In this document: in pieces, positions 19,585 to 29,231 of the stretch
How the letters are laid out: every line of letters starts with the position of its first letter
How positions within the stretch are numbered: the first letter of the stretch is position 1
Assembly (NCBI GenBank): GCA_963783375.1
Contig: CAWANH010000028.1
Span: 1,024,001 to 1,088,000 of the forward strand
Direction of reading: 5' to 3'
Length of the DNA stretch: 64,000 nucleotides
Source: Candidatus Eiseniibacteriota bacterium
GTDB taxonomy: Bacteria > Eisenbacteria > RBG-16-71-46 > JABDJR01
The notes under the pieces: model-generated
What the model saw: the letters and a program-made list of their open reading frames with translations, nothing else
What the model was told of the DNA's origin: nothing
Databases searched by the model: none
Translations under genes and position numbers: made by a program

Positions 19585-20799
19585 ATGCGGTTCGTTCGGG
19601 TTGCGGCCTTGGTGATCCTGGGTTCGGTGGGGATCTGCGCCGGTTCGGCGGGGGGGGCGGCGGCGACCGAAGCGCCGTCAGGAGCGGACTCCGCATCGCC
19701 CGCGTCGCCGACCTACGAGAAGCCGTTCCTCTCCCGGGGGAGCGCCTCGCTCGGCGGGTACATGGACTTCCAGTTCGGGGCCGACGACCGGGAAAGCGGC
19801 TTCGACCTGGCCCGCTTCGTCCCCTTCATCTACGCCCGGGTGAGCGACCGGGTCCACCTGGCCTCGGAGATCGAGTTCGAGCACGGGGGGTTCGTGACCG
19901 GCGAGGATGAGGCGACCGACGGCGAGATCAGGGTGGAGTTCGCCACCATCGATTTCGCGGTGTCCGAGGCGCTGAACTTCCGGGGGGGGCTGATCCTCTC
20001 GCCCCTGGGGCGTCTGAACGAGTTCCACGACGCCCCCATGCTCGACCTCACCGAGCGCCCACTGGTCGACCGGTTCATCATACCTACCACCCTGAGCGAA
20101 TCGGGCCTGGGACTCTACGGAACCGCATACCCCTCGGAGCAGGTGGTGGTGAACTACGAGGCTTACCTGGTGAACGGATTCGATCAGGACGTGCTGGTGC
20201 TGGGTGGGAGCACCACGCCGCTTCGCGCGGTTCTGGATCTCCACGAGGGCCGGGGGAGCGCGGCCGGGGACAACAACAACGACCGGGCGTTCGTGGGCCG
20301 GGTGGGCCTGAGCCCGCGGCTGGGGACCGAGATCGGACTGAGCGTCCACACCGGGAAGTTCGACGACGCGGGGACCGATCGGCTCACCCTCGCCGCGGTG
20401 GACGCGCACTTCGCCCAGGGGCCGTTCGAGCTGGTGGGGGAGGGAGCCCTGGCCCGGACCGGGAAGCTGGACCTTCAGGGCGCCGGGGACGCCGTCGCGA
20501 GCGAGCGGGCCAAGGCCGCCGGATTCTACGCCGAGGGGCGGCTTCACGTCCTGGCCGGGGCCATCCGCTCGCTCCCCCAGAGCGTCTTCACCGCGGTGGC
20601 GCGCGCGGACTACGTGGATCGGGACGCCAACGTCGCCGGGGCGGACCAGGAACGGCTGACCCTCGGGGTCAACTTCCGGCCCACCGAGGAGACCGCGATC
20701 AAGAACGATATCCTCTTCGATCGCGCGCGAACGGCCGGGGACACGAAGTGGGGCGACACCGGGACGAGCTACCGGTTCAGTGTCGCGACGTACTTCTGA
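19585..20799 (+). CDS. Outer-membrane porin-like beta-barrel protein
   Basis: Signal peptide, RFVPF...SEIEFEHG, GRLNEFH..P, alternating beta pattern, C-terminal YF; GGAGG RBS. Confidence 0.8.
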   Translation: MRFVRVAALVILGSVGICAGSAGGAAATEAPSGADSASPASPTYEKPFLSRGSASLGGYMDFQFGADDRESGFDLARFVPFIYARVSDRVHLASEIEFEHGGFVTGEDEATDGEIRVEFATIDFAVSEALNFRGGLILSPLGRLNEFHDAPMLDLTERPLVDRFIIPTTLSESGLGLYGTAYPSEQVVVNYEAYLVNGFDQDVLVLGGSTTPLRAVLDLHEGRGSAAGDNNNDRAFVGRVGLSPRLGTEIGLSVHTGKFDDAGTDRLTLAAVDAHFAQGPFELVGEGALARTGKLDLQGAGDAVASERAKAAGFYAEGRLHVLAGAIRSLPQSVFTAVARADYVDRDANVAGADQERLTLGVNFRPTEETAIKNDILFDRARTAGDTKWGDTGTSYRFSVATYF

Positions 20800-20801
20800 T
20801 C

Positions 20802-21503
20802 ATGCCGACCGTCACGCACGATTGCACACCGACCACCGTGTCCAACCGGAGGAACTCAATTCCCGATTCGCGCCGGCCCGGCGTGCGATCCTCGCGGCGG
20901 CGCCCCCAAGCCCGCCGGTTTGCGCGGCCGGCGGCTCTCGTCCTTGCCGTTCTCTCGATCGCCTTGTCCGTGCCGCGAGCCGGGGCGGAACCCTCCGACC
21001 GGGAGATCGGCGAGGAACAGGTCTACACCACCCCCGGGCGGGCGCTCCGGGAGATCTTCGAACATGTGACCCGGGTGGACACGGTCACGGCGCGGCTGAG
21101 CGCGGAGGAACTCGGCCGCCTCCGCGACCGGTTGGGGTTCGCGGTGGCCTCGGACACGGTGACCGTCTACGAGCCCCGCGACTCCACCGGAGCTCTCATC
21201 GGCTACGCCGTGATCGGCGACGAGGTCGGCAAGTACCGCCCCATCACCTTCATGGTGGGGACCCGGCCCGACCTCGCCGTGCGCGGGGTCGAGGTCCTGG
21301 TGTACCGGGAAAGCCGCGGGGGGGAGATCCGCCACGCGCGATTCCTTCGCCAGTACCGCGGGAAGGATCCGGCCGACCCCATCCGGACCAATCGCGACGT
21401 GCTGAACGTCGCCGGTGCGACCCTCTCGGTGAACGCCATGAACCGCGGGGTGAAGCGTGCCCTCGTCACCCTGGAACTGCTCCGGAAGCGGGGGGCCCTG
21501 TGA
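20802..21503 (+). CDS. Exported FMN-binding (flavinylation substrate) protein, RnfG/NqrC-like domain
   Basis: GKYRPITFMVG, YRESRGGEI...FLRQY, and NVAGATLS resembling the [S/T]GAT flavinylation motif. Confidence 0.82.
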   Translation: MPTVTHDCTPTTVSNRRNSIPDSRRPGVRSSRRRPQARRFARPAALVLAVLSIALSVPRAGAEPSDREIGEEQVYTTPGRALREIFEHVTRVDTVTARLSAEELGRLRDRLGFAVASDTVTVYEPRDSTGALIGYAVIGDEVGKYRPITFMVGTRPDLAVRGVEVLVYRESRGGEIRHARFLRQYRGKDPADPIRTNRDVLNVAGATLSVNAMNRGVKRALVTLELLRKRGAL

Positions 21504-22042
21504 CCCAGTACTACGCCTACAAGCGTTTCCGGCTGGATCGCGCCCCCAGGAACACCCGCATCCTCATCACCTGCTTCTACGTGATGGTGATCCTGGGGGT
21601 CGGGGTGGGGATCGTGAACTACAAGGTGCGGACCCGTCTCACCCCCCAGGGGACGACCGAATGGTATCGCGGGAACGAGGGCGCCCCCGAAGGTGAGGTG
21701 CGCGAGCTTCGTTTCGAGAAGTCCGTCCGGGAGATGCTGGACGTGACCCATCCCCACCTCTTCGAGGAGACGCTGTTCGTGTTCGTTCTCTGCCACCTGT
21801 TCGGCCTCACCAAGGTGCGCGAACGGCGGAAACGCGCGGTCTACCTCACCTCCTTCGGAGCGGTGATCCTCGAGGTCGGTATGCCCTGGCTGGTGCGCTT
21901 CGTGTCGCCGGGGTTCGCGCCGCTTCAGATCGGGGCCACCACCCTGCTCTCCGTCATGTTCACCGTGCTGATCGTGGTTCCGCTCCGCGAGATGTGGTGG
22001 GGGTACGACAAGGAGGAGACCTATGACTGGGCCCGGCACTGA
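21500..22042 (+). CDS. 4-TM membrane protein with His residues (possible heme-b/metal redox partner)
   Basis: GTGA overlap; hydrophobic helices with THPHLF and CHLFG. Confidence 0.7.
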   Translation: MTQYYAYKRFRLDRAPRNTRILITCFYVMVILGVGVGIVNYKVRTRLTPQGTTEWYRGNEGAPEGEVRELRFEKSVREMLDVTHPHLFEETLFVFVLCHLFGLTKVRERRKRAVYLTSFGAVILEVGMPWLVRFVSPGFAPLQIGATTLLSVMFTVLIVVPLREMWWGYDKEETYDWARH

Positions 22043-23183
22043 TCGAGCCGGCCGGGATCGGCCGGACGCCGCACCCCCGGAGTCCCGATCGCGAAACCCG
22101 GTCCGTCCCGATCCCGGGCATCCGGACCGGCGGCGCTTCTTGTTGCGCGCGGTCCAGGCGGGGATGCTGGCGGTTCTCATGCCGTCGATCCCCCGCTGGG
22201 CCGCCGCCGCAGTCCAAAGCCCCGACCCGGGGCCGGGGCCGGCGGGCCGCGGCCGGGAAACCGCCCGCGCCTGGCGGGCGATGGGAACCCTGATGGAGGT
22301 CAGGGTCCCCGATCTTCCCGGGGCCGACGCGGTCGAGGCGATCCGTCGCGTGCGCGCCCGCACCGAAGTGCTCGAGGCGGCGATGACGCTCTACCGCCCG
22401 GAGAGTCCGCTGGTCGCCCTGAACCGGAGCGCCCCCGCTCGCTGGTCCGAGACCCCGATCGAACTGGCGGAGGGGATCGCCGCCGCCCTTCGCGGCGCCC
22501 GCGAGTCCGGTTGCGCGTTCGACCCCACTGTGGCCCCGATGATGCGGTGCTGGGGGCTCGTGCATCTTCAGGGCCGCCAGGCGCCGGCCGCAGCGCTTCG
22601 CGCCTGGCGGCGCCATCCCGGCCCCGCCGCGGTGGAGGTGGACGCGGGCAACCGGCGCGTGCGCCGGTTGGACCCCCGGGTCGAGCTCGATCTCGGCGGG
22701 GTGGGAAAGGGGATCGCGGTGGATGAGGCGCTGCGCGTCCTCCGTGAGGCGGGAAGCCGGTCGGCGCTGGTGAACCTCGGCGGGAGCATCGGGGTGCTGG
22801 GGGCGCCCTCCGGTCGTCCCGCGGGTTGGCCGGTGGGGATAGCCCACCCCCGCCGGCCGGGTGAGGTGTGGACGATGCTCGACCTGAACCGCGGGCACCT
22901 GGCCACCTCGGGCGACTACGAACGCTGGGTGGAGACCCCTTCGGGGCGGAAGCACCATCTCCTCGATCCGGCGAGCGGGGAGCCGACCTCGGGAGTCGCA
23001 TCCCTGACCGCATGGGCGCCGGCCGGCGTGGACGCGGACCTGGCTTCGACCGCGCTCTTCGTGGCGCTCGCCCGGGGGGCGCGGCCGGGGTTTCCGGCCG
23101 GCGGATGGCTCGCGCTCCGGGATGCCGGGGACGGGCTGGCCGAATCGCGAGGGGGCGCCTTTCCCGACCCCGGGAACTCGTGA
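22023..23183 (+). CDS. apbE: FAD:protein FMN transferase with Tat signal
   Basis: RRRFLL twin-arginine; MGT, FDPTV, LDLGGVGKG, ATSGDYER, HHLLDP, ADLASTA. Confidence 0.92.
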   Translation: MTGPGTDRAGRDRPDAAPPESRSRNPVRPDPGHPDRRRFLLRAVQAGMLAVLMPSIPRWAAAAVQSPDPGPGPAGRGRETARAWRAMGTLMEVRVPDLPGADAVEAIRRVRARTEVLEAAMTLYRPESPLVALNRSAPARWSETPIELAEGIAAALRGARESGCAFDPTVAPMMRCWGLVHLQGRQAPAAALRAWRRHPGPAAVEVDAGNRRVRRLDPRVELDLGGVGKGIAVDEALRVLREAGSRSALVNLGGSIGVLGAPSGRPAGWPVGIAHPRRPGEVWTMLDLNRGHLATSGDYERWVETPSGRKHHLLDPASGEPTSGVASLTAWAPAGVDADLASTALFVALARGARPGFPAGGWLALRDAGDGLAESRGGAFPDPGNS

Positions 23184-23258
23184 CCCCGGCCTGCCCCACC
23201 GGGCGGAGAGGGTCCGCCGACCGCGTCCGGACCCTCCGGCGGCGCTGGCCGGCGGCGC

Positions 23259-23303
23259 AAGGAAGAAAGCCGCGCCGGCGGGAGGAGTAGGTGCCGGCGC
23301 GGC
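23259..23303 (-). terminator. Intrinsic terminator on the minus strand
   Basis: GCCGCGCCGGC-13 nt loop-GCCGGCGCGGC followed by TTTCTTCCTT. Confidence 0.75.
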
Positions 23304-23515
23304 AGGGAGCCACCCGCCCGACCCGCCGAACGGCGGGCCGCCGGGCGCTCGTCCGGGAACCGGGCCCCCCGCGGGGAAACCGGTGGCGGGTGCCGGCCCG
23401 CCCCGGGCGTTGAGGGCGCCCCGGGTCGAAGCCGGTGTCCGCCGTCGCGCCGCCGCCGCGATCTCGAGAGGTTGGAACGACGCTCGAGCGAGCGCGGTGG
23501 CGCGACCCGTACACC
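23259..23515 (-). ncRNA. Candidate sigma54-dependent structured sRNA (~255 nt)
   Basis: Lies between a -24/-12 motif and a terminator; stems GTCGCGCC/GGCGCGAC and CACCCGCC/GGCGGGTG (4-way junction), G-U pairs on the minus strand; no credible ORF. Confidence 0.5.
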
Positions 23516-23525
23516 CCCGACCCAA

Positions 23526-23571
23526 TGCACGCCGCGTGCCATGGGCCGATTCGGCGATTTTCAACGGGTTA
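23526..23571 (-). promoter_or_regulatory. Sigma54 promoter with adjacent IHF-like site
   Basis: TGGCACG-CGGC-GTGCA (GG-N10-GC) at 23541-23526; TTTCAA-CGGG-TTA at 23559-23571. Confidence 0.6.
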
Positions 23572-23678
23572 CGGGGGGACGGGTGGACCCGGGTGTGCTT
23601 CCCCCGTCACAGGTGTGTCGGCGGTCCCGCCGGTTCGAGCGCCGGTCCGCGCTCGAATCCCCGCGCGCCCTGGTCCGG

Positions 23679-24728
23679 CTACCGCGAGGGCTTGGGCTCC
23701 ACCCGCTGGGGCATGGGCCCGAACTCGTCCATGGCCGGCCCCGGCTCGGGGTAGCCCTCGGGATTGCGGCGAATGAAGTCGTAGGCCGAGGTGATGATCT
23801 CGTCGAGGTCGCGTCTGGGGCTCCAGCCCAGCACCTGCTTGGCCTTGGCGTTGGACGCCACCAGGACCGCGGGGTCGCCCGCCCGCCGTCCGGACCGCTT
23901 GTGGGGCACGGGCAACCCGGTCACCCGCTCCACCGCCTCGAGGATCTCGATCACCGAGGTTCCGGTTTCGGTGCCGAGGTTCAGGGCCACGCTCTCCCCG
24001 TCCCCCTCCAGGTACTGAAGCCCCCGAAGGTGGGCGTCGGCCAGATCCTGCACGTGGATGTAGTCGCGGATGCAGGAGCCGTCCCGGGTGGGATAGTCGG
24101 TGCCGAAGACCTCCATCTCCCGGTCCTCCAGGATCGCCGCCCGCACCGCCAGCGGGATGAGGTGGGTCTCGGGGCGGTGGTCCTCTCCCAATCCGGCCGC
24201 GGTCTCCGCGCCCGCCGCGTTGAAGTAGCGGAAGATCACGTAGCGCAGCCCGTAGGCGGCGGCGGCGTCGGCCAGCATCTGCTCGCCCACGAACTTGGAC
24301 CAGCCGTAGGGGTTGATGGGCTGGAGGGGGTGGGTCTCGGTGATCGGGATCTCGCGAGGCTCCCCGTACATGGCCGCGGTGGAGGAGAAGATGAAACGGG
24401 GAACGCCGACTTCGAGCGCCGCTTCCAGGAGCGCGGCGGTGCCGGTCACGTTGTTGTGGTAGTACTTGATCGGGTTCTCGACCGACTCCTTCACCGAGCA
24501 GAACGCGGCGAAGTGGAGGATGGCCGACGGCCGGTGGCGGCGGAGGATCGCGCGCACCACGCCCTTGTCGGTGATGTCCTCCTCGATGAGTTCGGCGTCG
24601 CGCACCGCGGCCCGGTGCCCCTCGCTCAGGTTGTCGAGGATCACGGTTCTGTAGCCCGCCCGGCGAAGCCCCTGTACCATGTGGCTACCGATGTAGCCGG
24701 CCCCGCCGGTGACGAGGACGGAGTTCAT
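23679..24728 (-). CDS. galE: UDP-glucose 4-epimerase
   Basis: VTGGAGYIGSH, HFAA..VKES, FSSTAA, YGWSK, RYFNAAG, PETHLIP, RDYIHV. Confidence 0.95.
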   Translation of the reverse strand: MNSVLVTGGAGYIGSHMVQGLRRAGYRTVILDNLSEGHRAAVRDAELIEEDITDKGVVRAILRRHRPSAILHFAAFCSVKESVENPIKYYHNNVTGTAALLEAALEVGVPRFIFSSTAAMYGEPREIPITETHPLQPINPYGWSKFVGEQMLADAAAAYGLRYVIFRYFNAAGAETAAGLGEDHRPETHLIPLAVRAAILEDREMEVFGTDYPTRDGSCIRDYIHVQDLADAHLRGLQYLEGDGESVALNLGTETGTSVIEILEAVERVTGLPVPHKRSGRRAGDPAVLVASNAKAKQVLGWSPRRDLDEIITSAYDFIRRNPEGYPEPGPAMDEFGPMPQRVEPKPSR

Positions 24729-24840
24729 ACGTTCATCCCTTTGTGTGATGTCGAGTCGCCCGGGGGGGGCCGCGGCCCGGGGCACGGGCTAATCTTACTA
24801 GGTTTTCGGCGGTTTTTGTGGATGTCTTGAGGGGAGAGCT

Positions 24841-25284
24841 GTGGCCGGTCCATTCTACAAACAGGCATCGGGGCTTCGTTTCGAGTGCACCCGGTGCGGG
24901 AAGTGCTGCTCGAAGCCGGGCCCGGTCTACTTCTCCGGCGGCGACCTGGAGCGGGCGGCGCGCTTCCTGGATCTCTCCCCGGCCCGGTTCCGGCGCCGCT
25001 ACCATGTCGTCACCATCGACGGGGTTCCGGCCATCGACCCCGGCGACCGTGCCCCCTGCACCTTTCTCGACCCCGAGACCGGCTGCACGATCTACGAGGG
25101 CCGCCCCACCCAGTGCCGCACCTTCCCCTTCTGGCCGGAGGTCGTCCGGCGGCGCCGGTCCTGGGAGAAGGCGGCGGTGGACTGCGAAGGAATCGGCCGC
25201 GGGCCCCGCCACTCTCCGGAGGAGATCGAGCAGGCGCTCGTCGAGTGCGAGGTGATGCGGGTGCCCGAAGGGGAACCGTGGTAG
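24841..25284 (+). CDS. YkgJ-family Cys-cluster (Zn/Fe-S) protein
   Basis: CTRCGKCC...CTFL...CTIYEGRPTQCRTFPFW. Confidence 0.88.
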   Translation: MAGPFYKQASGLRFECTRCGKCCSKPGPVYFSGGDLERAARFLDLSPARFRRRYHVVTIDGVPAIDPGDRAPCTFLDPETGCTIYEGRPTQCRTFPFWPEVVRRRRSWEKAAVDCEGIGRGPRHSPEEIEQALVECEVMRVPEGEPW

Positions 25285-27365
25285 GGGGGGCGCGCGCCGA
25301 GGCCTCGGAGGGCGGACACCGGAGCGCGGAGAAGCGCCCGCCCCGGAAGGCCGCGCCGGCCCCCCCGCTCCCCCTGGCCGAGGTGGCGGTGCCGGTGCCG
25401 CTCCGTCGCGTGTTCACCTACCGCGTCCCCGAGGAATTTCGCGCGGAGCTCCGCGAGGGTTCCCTGGTCAAGGTCCCCTTCGGCCGGCGGACGGTGGCGG
25501 GGTTCGTGGTGGGGTTTCGGGCGACGACCGACCTCAAGGTCGTGAAGGACATCGCCTCGGTCGAGGACGCCGAGCTGTCGTTGCCGGAAGACGTGCTCTC
25601 CCTCTGCCGGTGGGTGGCCGACTACTACCTGGCCCCGGTGGGGGAGGTGCTTCGCGCCGCGCTTCCCGCCGGGCTGGGAAAGAAGAGCCCAGGCGAGGTG
25701 CCGCACGCCGCGGGGAGCCTTCCCACCATTCGTCTGGCCGAGGAGCAAGCGGCCGCGCTGACCGCGATCAACGACGCCCAGCGCGGCGGGAAGTACGCGG
25801 CGTTCCTCCTCCACGGCGTGACGGGGAGCGGAAAGACCGAGGTGTATCTCCGGGCCGCGGCCGACGCGGTGGCGGCGGGGGGGAAGGCGTTGATCCTGAT
25901 CCCCGAGATCGCCCTCTCCCCCCAGATGGTGCGCCGGGTGGAGGCGCGGTTCGGAAACCGGGTCGCCCTCTGGCACAGCGCGCTCACCCCCGCCCGCCGC
26001 CGGGCGGTGTGGGCGCGCACCCGGCGGGGGGAGATCGACGTCCTGGTCGGCGCGCGATCGGCGATCTTCGCCCCGATCCCCGATCTCCGGCTGATCGTGG
26101 TGGACGAGGAGCACGAGGGGGCCTACAAGCAGGCGGAGTCCCCGCGCTACCATGCCCGGGACGTGGCCCTGGTGCGCGCGCGCGAGGCCAAGGCGGTGGT
26201 GGTGCTGGGCTCGGCCACGCCGAGCCTCGAGACCTACGCCAACGTGAAGCGGGGAAAGCTCCGCATGCTGTCGCTTCCGCACCGGGTGGAGCGGCGGCCT
26301 CGGGCCAAGGTGGACCTGGTTCCGCTCCCCGCGCTCCGCCCCGCCCCCGGGGAGCGCCCGCTCTCACCGATATTCGGGGATCCGCTCCATCGCGCGATCA
26401 CCGAGACCTTGCAGCGCGGAGAGCAGACGATCCTCTTCCTGAACCGCCGCGGGCACTCCACCGTGGTCCAGTGCGAATCGTGCCGCGAGGTTCTCACCTG
26501 CGACCAGTGCGACATCGTTCTGACCTGGCACGCCGACACCGACCGCATGGTCTGCCATTACTGCGGGAGGAAGCGTCCTCCGCCGGGGACCTGTCCGGCC
26601 TGCGGCGGCCCGGTCACGATCTACAAGGGGGTGGGGACCCAGCGGGTGGAGCGGGAGCTGCACCGGCTTTACGGGGGGATCCGGCTCCTCCGCCTGGACA
26701 CCGATTCCACCCGGAAGCGCGGCGCGCTGGAGGAGGCCCTGGAGACGTTCCGGAGCGGGGAGGCCGACATGCTCCTCGGCACCCAGATGGTGGCCAAGGG
26801 GCTCGACTTCCCCAACGTCACCCTGGTCGGGGTGGTGAACGCCGATCTGCAACTGGCCCTCCCCGACTTCCGGAGCGCCGAACGCACCTTCCAGCTCCTC
26901 ACCCAGGTGGCCGGGCGTTCGGGCCGGGGGGAGCGCCCCGGACGGGTGCTCTTCCAGACCAACAAGCCCGATCACTACGCGCTCCGCGCCGCGGCGGACC
27001 AGGACTACGAGACGTTCTACCGCGCCGAGACCGCGGAGCGGCGCGACCCCCCCTATCCGCCCTTCCGGAAGCTGGTGAACCTGCTCTTCGACGGCAAGGA
27101 CCTAGACCGGGTCACCGCCGAAGCCGACGCGGCGGCCGAACTACTCACCGCTCGGATCGCCGCCGAAGATCTTCGGGTCGAGCTCATGGGTCCCGCGCCC
27201 CAACCCTTCTCCCGGCTCAAGGGAAAGCACCGCTGGCACCTCACCCTCCGCGGAAGCGATCATCACGCGCTCCGGAGACTCGCCGACCTCGCGCTCACCC
27301 GTCACGAGGCGGCGCCGGGCCCGGTCCGCATCACCGTGGACGTGGATCCGGTATCGCTCCTGTAG
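25278..27365 (+). CDS. priA: Primosomal protein N'
   Basis: GVTGSGKTEVY, LIPEIAL, DEEH, YHARD, LGSATPSLE, FLNRRG, Cys-rich region, GTQMVAKG; start approximate. Confidence 0.95.
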   Translation: MVGGARAEASEGGHRSAEKRPPRKAAPAPPLPLAEVAVPVPLRRVFTYRVPEEFRAELREGSLVKVPFGRRTVAGFVVGFRATTDLKVVKDIASVEDAELSLPEDVLSLCRWVADYYLAPVGEVLRAALPAGLGKKSPGEVPHAAGSLPTIRLAEEQAAALTAINDAQRGGKYAAFLLHGVTGSGKTEVYLRAAADAVAAGGKALILIPEIALSPQMVRRVEARFGNRVALWHSALTPARRRAVWARTRRGEIDVLVGARSAIFAPIPDLRLIVVDEEHEGAYKQAESPRYHARDVALVRAREAKAVVVLGSATPSLETYANVKRGKLRMLSLPHRVERRPRAKVDLVPLPALRPAPGERPLSPIFGDPLHRAITETLQRGEQTILFLNRRGHSTVVQCESCREVLTCDQCDIVLTWHADTDRMVCHYCGRKRPPPGTCPACGGPVTIYKGVGTQRVERELHRLYGGIRLLRLDTDSTRKRGALEEALETFRSGEADMLLGTQMVAKGLDFPNVTLVGVVNADLQLALPDFRSAERTFQLLTQVAGRSGRGERPGRVLFQTNKPDHYALRAAADQDYETFYRAETAERRDPPYPPFRKLVNLLFDGKDLDRVTAEADAAAELLTARIAAEDLRVELMGPAPQPFSRLKGKHRWHLTLRGSDHHALRRLADLALTRHEAAPGPVRITVDVDPVSLL

Positions 27366-27391
27366 ACGCCGTCCGGGGGTCCCGCTCCCGC

Positions 27392-27407
27392 GGGTACGGG
27401 ACTTGCA
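27392..27407 (+). promoter_or_regulatory. Possible sigma54 promoter
   Basis: GGGTACG-GGAC-TTGCA, GG-N10-GC spacing. Confidence 0.45.
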
Positions 27408-27417
27408 ACTGCGCACT

Positions 27418-27540
27418 GGGTGACTCGGCCTCCACGCAGTTCGGCCGGCCCGGTGGGTTCTCCGCGGTGCTCGCGGGAAGTCTGAAGGGTTCTAGCGACA
27501 CCGCTCAGGTCAACCACGAACCGCCGGGCCGGCTCTTTGT
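27418..27540 (+). ncRNA. Candidate small structured RNA (~120 nt)
   Basis: Long hairpin GCCGGCCCGG(27444-53)/CCGGGCCGGC(27524-33) with inner GCGGTG/CACCGC, G-U on the plus strand, followed by TCTTTGT. Confidence 0.4.
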
Positions 27541-27701
27541 GAGGGCCGCTTCGGGGGAGCCGATCCCCGGAACCGAAAGCCGGTCCGTCCGCCGCTGGGT
27601 GATTTCCGGCGCCCGCGCGCTTGCGAAATCGCCGAGGCCCCGGTGCAGGTTGCAAGGCTCTCCGCCTTGACACCCCGCCACCCGGGCAGAAGAATCCGGA
27701 C

Positions 27702-28940
27702 ATGACCACTCCCCGCGCGCCCGGCCGGCGCCGAGCTTCGCACCACCAGAACCTGCTCCGAGGCCTCGGCGCGGCGGCCCTCGCCCTGGCCGTGTGGCTC
27801 ACGGTGAGCGGGGCGGGATGCGCCAGCTCGGGGAGCGGATCCGGCCCCGGGATCGACCGGGACCACCCCGATCAGTCCGAAGCCCGGTACCGCCAGGCCC
27901 TGGCCCGAAATCCCAACGACGCCGGAGCCCACCTGGGGCTGGCCCGCGCCCTGGCCGAGGAGGGGCGGATCGACGAGGCCGCGGTGCAGTTCCAGCGGGC
28001 GGAGACCCTGGATGCCCGGCTGGCCGGCGACGTGGCGGACTCGCGTCGCCACTACGCCCGCGCCTACCTCGATGAGGCGGAGAGCGATCTCGACCAGGGG
28101 CGCGAGGAGGAGGCGGGGATCGCGCTCCATCGCGCCCGGAGCCTGGCCCCCGAGGATCCCCGGGTGCCCGCGCTGGAAGGGCGACTCTCGGAGAAACAGA
28201 ACGACGTGGAGTCCGCGCTCACCGCCTACCGCCAAGCCTGGGCCGGCGGCCTCCACGACGACGCCACCCGGGACGGGCTGGTGAACGCCCTCACCGCGAC
28301 CGCCCAGGGGGAGTACGATCACGGGGACTTCCCGGGCGCATGGAAGCTTCTCCAGGAAGTCCTCCGGGTGGACCCTCACGCCAACGTCCAGGACCTCGAG
28401 GGAACGGTGGCCTACGCCTGGGCCCAGAACAGCCCCGAGGGCGAGCGGGCGGGGCATCTGGACGATGCCGCCCGCGCCTTTCGCGCCTACCTGGACCGGA
28501 ACCCGAACGATCGTGACGCGAAGTTCAACCTGGCCACGGTATACCTCGCCTCCCAGCGGTATCGCGAGGCGGCCGATCTCTACCAGGACCTGATCGCCCA
28601 CGACCGGACCGACGGCGACCTCTATCTGGCCTTGGCCCGGGTTCACGGGTTCCTGGGGCAGAGCGGGCTGTCCCAGACCGAGGAGGCGGTGGGGCGGTCG
28701 CTCCGGGCCGGCCAGCCGGTGGACGACCCGGCGGGATGGGCCCGGCGCTCCGCCGAGCGATTCCCGAATTCCGATCTCGCGGCGGTCTTCTACGATCTCT
28801 TGACCCCGGAAGCGGTCTATACCTACACCCTTCCCGGCGGGGGCCTGGTCGAGGTCTGGTTCTACTGGAAGAAGGGGGTGGCGGAGGCGTTCAGGGACGG
28901 GGGGCGGATCGGGCCCGCGCTCCAGCTCCCGCGCCCCTGA
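27702..28940 (+). CDS. TPR-repeat lipoprotein
   Basis: Lipobox GAGC; repeated helical TPR-like units (A..YRQAL..NP.DA.AHL.LA); TTGACA at 27667 upstream. Confidence 0.8.
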   Translation: MTTPRAPGRRRASHHQNLLRGLGAAALALAVWLTVSGAGCASSGSGSGPGIDRDHPDQSEARYRQALARNPNDAGAHLGLARALAEEGRIDEAAVQFQRAETLDARLAGDVADSRRHYARAYLDEAESDLDQGREEEAGIALHRARSLAPEDPRVPALEGRLSEKQNDVESALTAYRQAWAGGLHDDATRDGLVNALTATAQGEYDHGDFPGAWKLLQEVLRVDPHANVQDLEGTVAYAWAQNSPEGERAGHLDDAARAFRAYLDRNPNDRDAKFNLATVYLASQRYREAADLYQDLIAHDRTDGDLYLALARVHGFLGQSGLSQTEEAVGRSLRAGQPVDDPAGWARRSAERFPNSDLAAVFYDLLTPEAVYTYTLPGGGLVEVWFYWKKGVAEAFRDGGRIGPALQLPRP

Positions 28941-29022
28941 GGGCCGGCTCCGAGGCCCGGAACCGGTCCCTGGAGGTCCCCGGGGGACTTCGGAGACGAC
29001 TTCCCCGGCCATCCGACCGCCG

Positions 29023-29052
29023 TTGACACGCGTTTTCCCGGGGAGCTAGAAT
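29023..29052 (+). promoter_or_regulatory. Sigma70-type promoter of rho
   Basis: TTGACA-18 nt-TAGAAT. Confidence 0.7.
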
Positions 29053-29231
29053 CGAAGGGTTCCGGCAGTGATGCCATTCTCCCGGTAACCCTTCTGCCCG
29101 GCCCAAGCCCCGGATCACTCAAGCCGGGATCCATTTCCAACCCGACCCGACCCGAGCCGACTTCCTCAGTCCGAGCGCGAAAGATCCCAAGTCTCGCGTG
29201 GACGACAGGCCACCGGTCCTCCGATCAAGGA

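Noticed and set aside
22300-23514. Minus-strand ORF starting at the predicted sigma54 TSS
   Set aside because: Low-complexity translation, antisense to apbE, and it runs through a strong terminator.
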